A stretch of DNA of 64,000 nucleotides, from contig JAVKOQ020000014.1 of assembly GCA_031835245.2 (NCBI GenBank), positions 186,001-250,000 of the forward strand, read 5' to 3'. The DNA is from Balamuthia mandrillaris (lineage: Eukaryota). Position numbers and translations under genes: made by a program. The notes beneath the pieces are model-generated. The model worked only from the letters and a program-made list of their open reading frames with translations, searched no databases and was not told where the DNA came from. Shown one piece after another: positions 52,132 through 63,437 of this stretch. Each line of letters opens with the position of its first letter. The stretch's first letter is position 1.

Positions 52132-54519
52132 ATGGTATGCCTTCCTTTGGGGTCTCTTTCTTCTTCTTGTTCTTGTTCTTCTTGTTCTTCTTCTTGTTCT
52201 TCTTGTTCTTGTTCTTGTTCTTCTTCTTCTTCTTCTTCTTCTTTGTTCTCACATTGTTAAAAAAAAAAAGGAACAACAACCAATGCAACCCTCCTCTCGA
52301 GAGGAGGAGTGCGTGCAAGGCTTTCTGGACTTTGTGAATGGCAGCACGTCCGCCTTCCACGCCGTCCAGAACGCAAAGGACCTGCTCCTGCAGCAAGGGT
52401 TTGTGCAGCTGAAGGAAGGGCAGGAGTGGGAGCTTCGTCCTGGGCACAAGTACTTCCTCACTCGCAACCACTCCACCATCCTGGCCTTTGCTGTGGGCGG
52501 ACGCTACGTAAGTGTCTTTCGTTTTTCCTCATCTTTTCTTCTACTTCTTTGCGGCTACCTTTTTGTTTTTTGTTCAATCGTTTCAGTTTTGCTGCTCTTC
52601 ACTCTTTCTTTGTCTTCATCTCATCCCTCACACACACGTACAAACAAAGGAACCCGGCAATGGCGTCAACATGGTGGGTGCCCATACGGACAGCCCCAAC
52701 CTGAAGGTGAAGCCCGTTTCCCTCAAGGAGAGCAAGGGCTACCTCTGCGTTGGCGTTGAAACCTATGGTGGTGGCCTGTGGCACACCTGGTTTGATAGGT
52801 ATATAGGCATTCTTTGTCTCTCCCTGCTTCTCTGCTCTCTGCTTCTTAAGTGCTATTGCTTACTTTTCTGTGTGGTTAAAAGGGACTTGACGGTGGCTGG
52901 CAGGGTGGTTGTTCGCACTGCTGAGGACAAGTTGGAGCAACGCTTGGTCCATATTCCAAGGCAAGACATACAAATCCGTTCTTCGTTCTTCGTTCTTCGT
53001 TCTTCGTTCTGCTTCTGCTTCTGCTTCTTCGTGTTCTTCTCCCTCAGCTTCGCCTTAACCTTATTCTTTACCTGCTCATTTTTAAAAAGGCCCATTCTGA
53101 GAGTGCCCAACCTGGCCATTCACTTGACATCAGCAGAAGAGCGTTCCGGATTTAACCCCAACAAGCAAACCCACTTGGGTTATCCCATTCTTGCTACTGC
53201 CATTCAAAAGTGCTTTCTCTCTCCCCTTTCTTTGTCATGTTTCTTTGTGTTGTTGTTGTTTGTCCTTCGTAGAGCTTCTATAACCTCACACTTACCTTCT
53301 TGTTCTCACAAACAAAACAGTCAGTTGTCTTCTTCTGGTGGAGTAGAAGGAAAGAAGAAGCACCACCCTATTCTGCTTCAACTCCTGGCCAAGGAAATGG
53401 GCGTTGAAGGTGCTCTCTTCTTATTTGCTTATTTACCGGTTGTTTTTGAGCATTTCTCTTACTTTATCCAATTGTTGCTTTATGTGATGAACAGCTTCTC
53501 AAATCTGCGACTTTGATTTGAGCGTTTGTGACACACAACCCTCCTGCGTGGGCGGTGCCTTTAACGAGTTCATTTTCTCTCCTCGTTTGGACAATCTTCT
53601 CATGTCTTACACCAGTTTAATGGTTCTTTGAGTTATTTTCCTTTTTGTTGTCTTTTTTGAATTATTATTCTTAACTTTAATTCTCGTCTTCTTTTTTTTA
53701 AAGGGATTATTAGAGAGCTTAAAAGGAGACTCTTTGAACGAGGAAAAGCGCATTCGCCTGGTAGCTCTCTTTGACAACGAAGAGATAGGCAGCCAGTCAG
53801 CGTATGGTGCGGCCTCCAACATGATGCAACAGGTTCTCGAGCGGATCATGACGAGCCTTCAGAAGGACAAAGGAGCTTCTTCGGATCATCATCAACGTGC
53901 CTTTGCTCAGAGTTATCTCATATCTGCTGATATGGCCCATGGCATTCACCCTTGTTATCCGTACGTACTCATCTTATTCCCCTTCCAACAGATTGGAGAT
54001 AAGAAAGATACAACAACCATAAAGATCAACAAGAATAAGGCCTCAACGCTTTTTTTTTTCCTAACCTTTTACACAATAACTACAACAAAAGGGAGAAACA
54101 TGATGAGAACCATCAGCCGGCAATCCACTCTGGCCCTGTCATCAAGTACAATGCCAACCAGCGTTATGCCACTACCGCTGTGACAGCCTTTCTCCTCAAA
54201 GAAGTGGCTCGCCGTCACTCAGTTCCCATGCAAGAGTTTGTGGTGCGCAACGACAGTCCCTGCGGCTCTACCATTGGCCCCATTCTCAGCGCCAACTGTG
54301 GTGTAAGAACAATTGACATTGGCTGCCCTCAGTTGGCCATGCATAGCATCAGAGAGATGTGTGGCACTCAAGACTTGGTTCATGCATGCAACCTTTTCAA
54401 GGTTTGCATTTTGTTCCTCTTCTTTGGCTTCTCTCTTGTTCTTTAATTTTACTGACAATGCTCAACAGGGTTTCTTCCAAGACTTTACTGAAGTGGATGA
54501 ATCTTTGGAAGTGGACTAA
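52132..54519 (+). CDS. DNPEP: Aspartyl aminopeptidase (peptidase M18), multi-exon
   Basis: FHAV, GAHTDSP.LK, VETYGGGLWHTWFDRDL, PNLAIHL, RLDNL, FDNEEIGS, SADMAHG.HP, NANQRYAT, PCGSTIGP, LAMHSIRE. Start is either 52132 (ATG-only exon) or 52283. Confidence 0.96.
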
Positions 54520-54584
54520 AATTCTCATCTTGCTACTCATTCCCTATTGCTCATGTTCTCTTTTAAATACATTTATAAACATCA

Positions 54585-56095
54585 TTAAGAAGCAAAGAAG
54601 AACAACTTTTTTCGAAGAGCTTCTGAATCTGTTGCAGAAGGCGAATTCGTTTGGCTTATCAGTCTGCTCGTTCTTCGTTGCGGTGTTTTTCGAAGAGGAG
54701 ACCGGACAATGGGAGTGAAGGAACCGCCTTCCAATTCTTCAGCTGCAGCAACGCCGCTAATTCTTCTTCGTTTGGTTCGTTCTTGTTCTTCTTTCTCTTT
54801 TGCTTTTTGTGTTGCCGACAACGGTGTTGTGCTCCATTTTTTTGTTGGTGTGTATGTTGTTTTCTTCTTCCTTCCTGTTTCTTCCTTTGCTATTTCTACT
54901 TTGGCTATATCTGTTTCTATCTCTTCTGCTCTTTCTCTCTTTCGCTTTGCCGTTGGTGTGGAGGATGAATGTGAAGAAGATGATGAAGGAGAAGAAAGAA
55001 CGTGAACTGGGACTTGGCGGAGGAACTTATCAGCATTGATGAGACCAGAAGTGAAGTGGTTGAATCGTTTGGGAAGAGGACTTCCATACAACCGCTCGCT
55101 CTCCTTTTTCACTTGTTCTTGCTCTGTTCTCATCCTTTCCTCCACGCGGCGCAGGTAGTCCTGATGCGTGTAGGGTCGTTCTGGCGTGAAACATTGCGCC
55201 GCCCTCTCCAGCTCCTCCTCCGCGATGCTGGCTTGGCTCGCCAAAAGCATTGCGCGTGCTTTTGTAGCACGTGATGATGGAAGGGAGGATGAGGAGGATG
55301 AGGCAGATGATATGGTGGTGGAGGATGAATTGGGAGGTGATGACGATGAGGAGGGCGTGGTGGTTTTGTTCTTGTGATAGGCAGAGAGAGAAGAGGGTTT
55401 CTTGAGGCCTAGTTCGTGGTACAAAAAGTAGAGTGCAGCTGGAGCGTGCGCCTCGAACCTATTCCAGTTTGTTCGATTAGTATTTCTGCATCTTCTTTCA
55501 CTTGCTTTCTTGAAGATCTCCCTTTAAAATAGAAACTAGAAACATACCGTTTACACAGTTGCTCCAAGCAACCGCGTAGGTCCACGCCGGTGGGTTGGTG
55601 CATGTCCAACACAAAGGCGACATCCTGTAGCAGTCCCAGTGCTTCCTGCTGCAGGTGCTCATTGGAAGACGACGAGGAAGAAGAGCATTGCTGCAAACGC
55701 AGCGCGACTTGCTCAAGATAGTCGTTGCATTTTTGGGGGAGCAGCGTTTTGTTGGTTTGGGAGTCTTTGTATCTGGCACGCAATTCTTGCACGGACAGAA
55801 GCGACCCCGAGGCTTGTTCCTGTTGGTCACACGAAGAAGATAAAGAAGAGGAAGGAGGTGTTGTTGCTTCTATCAGATCTTTTGGAGCCGATGGGACTGT
55901 GTTCGCTTTGGGGTGGGCACGCGTTGTATTTAGTTGGATAGGTTCTTTGTCTTCGCGAGAAGAAGTGGACGGAGCTGTGTTAACAAAAGTCGCATCAGAA
56001 GAAGAAGCAGCAGCAGCCTTGGCGCGAAGCCCTCTTTTCGTTCGCTTGGCCAACCTTCGTTTGGGTGGTTTCGAAGACGAGCCGTCAGCCTCCAT
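54585..56095 (-). CDS. Hypothetical basic, S/T-P-rich, probably nuclear protein, 2 exons
   Basis: ORFs join via intron ~55459-55547 (CKR|FEAH). NLS-like KRRLAKRTKR and KRKRE; no recognised domain. Confidence 0.6.
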
Positions 56096-56327
56096 CGTCC
56101 TTTCTATTCTCTCCCCCTCTTTCTTTGCGTTAGCTTCTGATTGTAAGCTTGTAACGGTCACACCAAAAATGGCGCGAAAACTTTCAAAGACCCCTCATAT
56201 TTCGAGATCAAAACGTGTACAAATGGTGCAGGGAAGGAAGAAGCCACGAGTGCACCAATGGAGCAGAATAACTTCAGTTTTTGGTCTCCATTTGAGCACA
56301 GCGGACCCACCAGAGAAGAAAAGGAAG

Positions 56328-56521
56328 ATGAGTTTCACGCCAGCAACGCTCGGCAAGCTCTTTCTCTTTGACACCAAGCTGGGCCAGACCGAGGAGACGC
56401 AGCATGAGAAGCTGCTGTACTATTACCCTGAGAGCACTCCCACCTCTCGCCAGCTGACGGACATTGGTCTCAGCGAAGCCCTTGTCAACTTTACCAAGTA
56501 CCAAAGAAATAATTTTTTTCT

Positions 56522-56558
<37 letters not shown>

Positions 56559-57363
56559 CTCTCTCTCTCTTTCCTGTTGGTTTGCATTTTTGTTGATCTT
56601 TAGTTTTTTTTTTGATCAGAACGTTTTCGCAGGACAAGCCTTGCGAAGCGGTTCACTTGGAAAAGTCACGCCAAGCGTTTTTCGAATGTGAACCCGGCAT
56701 TTGGCTCGTTTTGGTTGCTCCTCTTCTCTCATTTTATGCCCTTCTCCTTGCTCTTCTTCTACTTAACTCCAAAAGTCCTTATGCTTCTCTGCACTTCCTC
56801 TCTTCTTGTTCCCTCCTCCTTTTCCTTCCTCTGCTTCTCTGCTCCCTTTGTTGTTCTTCTCTATTTCTCTTCTTGATCTTTGCTTTCACTTCTTTCGTTT
56901 TTTTTTTGTTCCCTTCTGACCTCTCCTCTGGTCGCGCGTTCTTTTTAGACGGTCAACAACCCACACACGACCACCGCCACCAAAGATGGCACCACGCAAT
57001 GCGAGTACGACTCAGAGGAGGTCTCTGACTCTGCTCTTCAACAGACTGCTGCCCAAGCTTATCGTATGTTCAAGGTTTGGACTCTCTCTTTTTTTTAAAT
57101 AACCTCCCTTGCCTGTTTTGTAGTATATTATTTCTCATTTTGCTTTCCTTTCTGTTTCGCTGTCTCTTTCTTGTTCTTCCTTTCTTTCTTTTATTTTCTT
57201 CTCTTTCTACTTTTTTTTCCCTGAGAAGCTCTTCAACGGCACGTTCGAGAGAATTACCAACAAAGGCACTGTGGATGACTTGCGAACCAGCCTGGCCATG
57301 TTCATGCCTCACTTTCTGAAGGCTATCGACTTTAGTCATGTTGACATTTTCAGCGCTCTTGAT

Positions 57364-57407
<44 letters not shown>

Positions 57408-58945
57408 CTCTCCCTCTTTTCTCCCTCTTTCTTCTTGCTTAATGCAATACGAAAAATAGGAGTACACTTCTTACCGGTTGACAAGAACGTCTACCTACGA
57501 GTTCAATCCTTCATTAACTGGACAGAGAACACCTTCCCTCAAATCAAGCACAGCTGCTTCTTCTATCGTGATCACCTCATCTGGAGTGCTTTGGACCAGG
57601 ACGACCTGCGCATCTTGTATAAATATTTGGTGGACCACATTCTCAGCTCTCTGAGCAGCTCTTCGTCTTCATCATCGTTGGCGTCACGTCAAAAACAATC
57701 CTCACCGAGAAGAATGTTTATGGGCAGGAAGAGCGGATCCAATACTCCCGTCTCCACCAGTCCTTCTTTGTCCCGACGAGAAAACGGTGCAACATCGGTG
57801 AACACTCACTTTTTCCAAATCCTGTCCTTAGATTGTGTCCTGCTTTGCTTATTCTAACATTTTCTTAAACAACAGGATACAGCCAGTAATGGGCAAGTGG
57901 TGGAATCTGCTTTGCCGTTTCACTTTCGGTATACCATTCATTTTTAGTGTTGCTTGTTTTTGTTTCATGTTCTGGCTGTGTAGTCGCCTATTTCTCGTTG
58001 TTGCTAATTCACGTTTTTACCCTTCTATTTTTGTTGAAAGCGATCCCGCAGGTGATGGTTATGTCACAGGGCCGTTAGATTTGAACGACAAAGAGACTCA
58101 CATCAGTTGTCCTTTCGTCTTTCTGGGGCCAACCAACGAAAGACATCGTTTAATCATTTATGAGGTTTATTCTCTTTTTAATTGCTCGATTGCGTGTTTA
58201 TGTTTATGTTCTCTAATGTACGTCTTTATTAGCACGAGCATATGTTTTGCTTGTTCTTTATCAAAGGAGACTCGTCCAAGCTGAACACCACATTCTTCTC
58301 CAATCTCAAGTCCTTCATACTTCCACAACTCCAATTCCTTAAACCCATTCTTGGCGATCATTGGGACCGGAAACAAGGGTAACTATTGTCCTGTTTCTTC
58401 CTTCTACCATTTTGCCTTTTCTCATATTGAGCAAAAACGATATTATTTAAAGTTATGCCGATGAATATCGATACATCTATTTCAATCACATGAATCTGGC
58501 ATTGAAAACATCTTTGAGGAACAAAGGCGCGGAGATCTCCAGAGAACACATGAAGATCCTCAACGACATGCACGCTGATTTTGAAAAGTATTTTTATTCC
58601 CTTCTGGAAATGAGTTTTAATTGATCAAAACAAAAACAACATCCTTACATTCATTTTTTTCAAAAACGTGTGTAGGTCAACGGATGATATCAGCGAACTG
58701 ATGGCCCGTACTCAAAGCGATGGATGGATCATTGGGCGCAAGTCTGACCAAAGAGAATTTTACGTTCTCTTTGACAACAGGAACGCCAACCTCCTTGAAA
58801 TTAACGGTATTGAGCGATCCCATCTCTCTCCACTCGAGTTCGTTACATTTCTTAGTCATGACTAACTGCTGTTTCCCTCTCACACATCACAGAGGAAGTC
58901 AAGAAACTGAGTAACACGTACTTTAGCAACATTTTTATGGATTAA
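56328..58945 (+). CDS. CCZ1: Vacuolar fusion protein CCZ1 (Mon1-Ccz1 Rab7 GEF subunit), multi-exon
   Basis: KLLYYYP...IGLSEALVNFTRTFS..KPCE, Y.MFKLFNG, FLPVDKNVYLRVQSF, YIYFNHMNLA.K, WIIG.KSDQREFY. Confidence 0.95.
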
Positions 58946-59082
58946 CAACATCAAAACAAGAAACCGTTTCTTTCGTTTGTTGTTTAGTTTCGATTGGTCT
59001 GCATCGAACTGTCTCTTCATGAACCAGTAGCTTCGATTGTATTTTATATTATCTTGGCAACTTGTGTCCATCTTGACACGAA

Positions 59083-59155
59083 GCCTTCTTAGCTCAGTCG
59101 GTAGAGCGTCAGTCTCATAATCTGGAGGTCGTGAGTTCGATCCTCACAGAAGGCA
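59083..59155 (+). tRNA. tRNA-Met (CAT), elongator type, copy 1
   Basis: 73-nt cloverleaf: acceptor GCCTTCT/AGAAGGC, anticodon loop CTCATAA, T-loop TTCGATC. G1:C72 and the T-T pair at the base of the anticodon stem fit an elongator. T-run terminator at ~59160. Confidence 0.97.
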
Positions 59156-59245
59156 CTGATTTTTTGATCCTTTTTAAGCAAATTAGCATGGTTGGTTCAA
59201 ATTTGGAGAAAGTTCTCACCAAATTGGAGACCTAAAATTTTAGGT

Positions 59246-59318
59246 GCCTTCTTAGCTCAGTCGGTAGAGCGTCAGTCTCATAATCTGGAGGTCGTGAGTT
59301 CGATCCTCACAGAAGGCA
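59246..59318 (+). tRNA. tRNA-Met (CAT), elongator type, copy 2 (identical to copy 1)
   Basis: Identical 73-nt sequence; TTTTTT terminator at 59323-59328. Confidence 0.97.
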
Positions 59319-59365
59319 ATGATTTTTTATATTGGTCACTTTTTTTTGTTGGCGAGAAGAGGGAG

Positions 59366-59965
59366 ATGGAGGTGGTGGTCGTTCCTGATGAGGTTCTTGT
59401 TGCTGGAGGAGCAGGAGAAGGACACCCTCCCGAGGAGAGCAACTTCTTGGAGCGTTTCATCGAGCAGCTCAAAACATTCGGATTTGTGGTGATCGAGGTG
59501 CCTCGCTCGCGATACTTGGCGCGATTGGAGAAAGTCGCTGCTCTGTTTTTTGCGCAGGAGGAGGAAATCAAAGCTCGCTCCAAGATGAGCCTTGAGTTGG
59601 GGGAAGGGCAAGTCTCGCCCAACGAATCCAAGCCGATGGGCTATCTTAGCCTGTACGACTACGAGTTCTTTGATGTGAGTGCTTGTGAAGGGAGTGTTTT
59701 TTTTAAAAAAATCAGTATTGCTGTGTGGTTTGCTAATCCCCTGTGTCTGTGCAGATGAGAGCGATGAACGAAAAGACTGCAAATTTTCCGTTGTGGGTAG
59801 CTGCGGAGGGTGTTGAAGTTCCTCTTGAGGAGGGCTCCACTTCCCGATCGCTAACCTTCAGAGAGTGCTTGGAGAACTCGTTTGCCATCCTTTCTCGACT
59901 TGGTTGGCTGCTCTCTCTTCTCTTTCTTCATCTTCCTTGCCTCTTCTTTTTTTTCCTCTTGTTAT

Positions 59966-60002
<37 letters not shown>

Positions 60003-60808
60003 TTTCTTCGCTGTTTCCTTACCTTTGCTACTGGCGCTTCTCAGCGGATACTCTGTTATCGGCACTGGATGAGCACCTGGCTCCTTTGCGAGAGGATGGT
60101 CGCAGTTGGGTTACACTTTCCAGTCTTCTCCAACCGTCCACTGCGGTCACCAGCCCACCAGATATCTCCTCTTCGGTGCTTCGGCTGATGCACTACTATC
60201 CCCTTCCTCCTTCTCTCCTTCCGCTTGCGTCTTCGACACCGCCCGTAGCCCCAACAACAGACACAAAGGCAACCACAACAACTCCTCAATCTGGCGATCC
60301 TCCAGAGACATACCAAGATGACGGCAGCATCGACGAGCATGGAGATGACGGAACGGAGGAGATCCGAGAGGAGCTGCTTGTGTTCGAGGCGCACACCGAC
60401 ATAGGATTGCTGACGATTGCTCCGTTGAGCACCACCCCAGCCCTCCAGATTCGGAGACGTGATTCCGGCGGCTGGGTCCAAGTGGAAAGCCTTTTCGCAA
60501 GTGGGGGAACATCTCCCAAAACCCCAGCACCTCCCATCCAGCCGAAAAGGTCACGCTTTTTGGTTTTTGGAGGCGATGCCTTGCAACAAGCCTCCCATGG
60601 GATGTTCGTTGCAGCCCAGCACCGGGTCGTAATGCCGAGCCATCGCGCCATCGATCGCTTTTCCTTTCCTTTCTTTCAGCGACCTGAGGCAGAGGCCGTG
60701 ATCAATGCGGAGGCCACCCCCAGCCCGCCTTCCTTAGCCACCAGCCTCCACAAACCGTGCCGGTTCGTTCCCGTCAGCGCATGGATGGACGCCAAGGACT
60801 ACGCTTGA
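59366..60808 (+). CDS. 2-oxoglutarate/Fe(II)-dependent dioxygenase (IPNS/DIOX-like), 3 exons
   Basis: L..FGFVVI, LRLMHY, AHTDIGLLT (HxD), LQI, GDALQ..S.G...AAQHRV (distal His), RFSFPFF (RxS). Confidence 0.88.
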
Positions 60809-61208
60809 CCGGGAAAGGATAAGCACGGTCCAACTGTTTCACAGCCCCAACGTTCCAAAAAGGATATTTTCACGGTTGATCAACTCTTGGATTTACCTTA
60901 TGTGGAAAGATCCATCAGATCTAAGATTAGATTTACCGTTTCCGCGCTCCACGGTGTAGAAAAGGTAAGCAATGCAGTGCATGCGTGTAGCTCACACGTG
61001 CAGAAAACTCATAGGAATGTCAGCGAACAGACAGGCGGAACTACCGATCGGCTGCGTATCCCAGTATTTAACGACAGTGGGCCGCCGGTTCGTTATTCCA
61101 TTTTTCCTCTCCATCGAACAACACAAAAAGAAAAGCAGCGCAGCAGACTGCCAGTTCCTACCACTTTAAAAAACAATAACGGTGTTACATCACCGTTGAG
61201 CAAACAAC

Positions 61209-62423
61209 ATGACGAGAAAGATAGCTCGCAGCGCCTCCTTTGGCCCCTCACCCAGCGACCTGAAACTCTTCCGCAGAGAAAAGTGCAAACCTTCCCGAAA
61301 AGGTTCCTTTGCTTTCCTCTTTCTTAGTCACTGATGAAAATACTTCAGAGTTACTTAGAGTTTTTTTTTCACTCCATCCACAGCCACCAAAACATGGCCT
61401 CAACTCTCCGCCAACACTTCCGACTTTCGTCTCACGAAGCAAATAGGAGCTGGCTCCGGTGGTAGGGTCTACCTCGCGGCTGCCAAACCCGGGACCTCTC
61501 TTGACAAACACCAACAAGCCAACAGCAACAAAGTCTCCAAACTTGCCATGAAGGCCGTGTGGAAGAACTCCAACAACGAGAAGGAGGTGAAGCACCTCCG
61601 CAAGGAACACGCCATCCTGAACTCTCTCTCCGGCCACCCCAACATCATCCGGGTGTACTCTAACCTGTTGGAGGACAAACACAAGGCCTGCTTCATCATG
61701 GAATACGCGGAGGGCGGCGACCTCTTTGACTACACACTCAGGCAGCACCACCTCACGGAGGTGGAGGCCTGGAGGATCTTCCACCAGCTCATCAAGGCGG
61801 TGGCCTTCATCCATGCCAACTACATCTGCCACCGCGATATCAAACCAGAGAACATCTTCCTAGATCGGGAGAGACAGGTCAAATTGGGCGACTTTGGGTT
61901 GGCCACCACATGGAGTCCGTTCAAGCGCATGATCAAGACCGTCGGCTCCCTTCCCGAGGTGTTGCGGCCCGGTCAGAGTTACACAGGACCGGAGGTGGAC
62001 ATGTGGAGCTGCGGCGTAGTGCTCTACATGATGCTCACGGGGAAGATGCCCTTCCACGCGTACTCGGACATGGACGTCTACCAAAACATCACGGCAGGAC
62101 ACTACGACTCCTCCATCCTCCCCTCGGAGACCTCCAGGAACCTTGTGGAGAGCTTGTTGGAGCCGGACCCTCTGGTGAGGTCTACCATCTATGAGGTGAT
62201 CAACCACGAGTGGATGATGAGCCCTCCCGGATTACACAGAGCAATGTCCCTCCCCGAGATACACAACGGCCAAAGCGTAGAGCTTCGGGCAACGCAAAAG
62301 ACCCACCCTTCCACCCCTTCCTCTGCCTCTTCCAAAAGCAACAAGAGAGAACAAGGATCCCCACGGAAACGTGACCGTCTGATGGCCTCCCGGTTGAATG
62401 TCATTATGGAAGAAGAGCAGTAA
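61209..62423 (+). CDS. CAMK-group (MARK/SNF1-like) Ser/Thr kinase, 2 exons, with a shortened P+1 loop
   Basis: Phase-1 intron 61303-61383. IGAGSGGRV, AMK, HPNII, HRDIKPEN, DFG, D.WSCGVVLY. Confidence 0.88.
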
Positions 62424-62853
62424 GAAAAACTCTAACCTTCTTGCTTGTAAAAATACTTATTTATTGTTGTTATTTATTGAACATGAAACACATTCTGAGA
62501 ACATTTTACTACTCCCGTCTTTGTGTTGCTTTAAAAAAAAGAAACGGAACGAACGAAACTAACACCAAAACAAAGTCCATTCCTGTGCCTCTTCTCTTTC
62601 TTTGCTTTTTCTTTGAAGTATGGTAAAGCTCAGGGGACTTCTCCCTGGACCAGTTTGGCAACTTGCAAGTGGACGCTTAGTCGATATTCATTACCAGGTG
62701 TAATGCAGAAAAGTGGATGTTCCCAGCGAAAAATGGAAGCAGGTGGTTTACAGAGGTTAAAAGAGAGCGTAATGCCTCATGTTAATTAAAATCTCACGTT
62801 TAATTTAACAAAATTTTTAACTTCTCTTTGGAACCCACAACCCGACTCGCCAT

Positions 62854-62860
62854 TATATAA
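62854..62860 (+). promoter_or_regulatory. TATA box of the small secreted protein gene
   Basis: TATATAAG about 90 bp upstream of ATG 62949; AATAAA at 63341-63346 downstream of the stop. Confidence 0.6.
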
Positions 62861-62948
62861 GGCACTCTTTTGGCTGACAGTTTCTCTCCTTACCGACAAC
62901 AAACAAACATACAGACTATACAAAAGGCAAACTTAACTTACACTTACA

Positions 62949-63278
62949 ATGAGGACTTTCTTGCTTGCTGTGACCTTGCTGGTGGCCCTGCTCTTCGCAG
63001 TTGATGCTCGCCAGAACTGTTTCGACATAGTCGCCCAATGCGGCCAAGAGGTTTCCACCTGTGTCGCGAACGCTGGGGCCAACCTGGAGTCCGCCTGCAA
63101 CTGCTACGGCACCTTGGTGAACTGCTTGGAGGGCTGTGGCTTCGACTCGTTCAAGGATGGGTGCGAGCTTGTTTGCAGTGATGTTTCCAACTGCTCTGGC
63201 GGCGGTGACGGAGGCGACGGCGGCGACGGCGGCGATGGTTCCTCTGCTACCAGGCTGGCTGCTAGTTTGTTCTTCTAA
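62949..63278 (+). CDS. Small secreted/surface Cys-rich protein (109 aa)
   Basis: Clear signal peptide (MRTFLLAVTLLVALLFAVDA), 10 Cys, (GGD)4 linker, short hydrophobic tail; intronless. Confidence 0.85.
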   Translation: MRTFLLAVTLLVALLFAVDARQNCFDIVAQCGQEVSTCVANAGANLESACNCYGTLVNCLEGCGFDSFKDGCELVCSDVSNCSGGGDGGDGGDGGDGSSATRLAASLFF

Positions 63279-63437
63279 AAGATTGCAACAGACCTCAACA
63301 AACCGCAACAATTGCTGTTCTGTTTATTTTGAAGCTGGTGAATAAAGCTGCTTTCTCCATTCATGCAAAAGCTTCGTCGATTTGCTTAATCTGCCTGTCT
63401 TCACCGATACAATATGGTACTAAGGGCATAGAAGGTC

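Noticed and set aside
61394..61465. ATG 61394 suggesting a frameshifted kinase start
   Set aside because: An upstream exon (61209-61302) splices in the correct phase, so no frameshift is needed.
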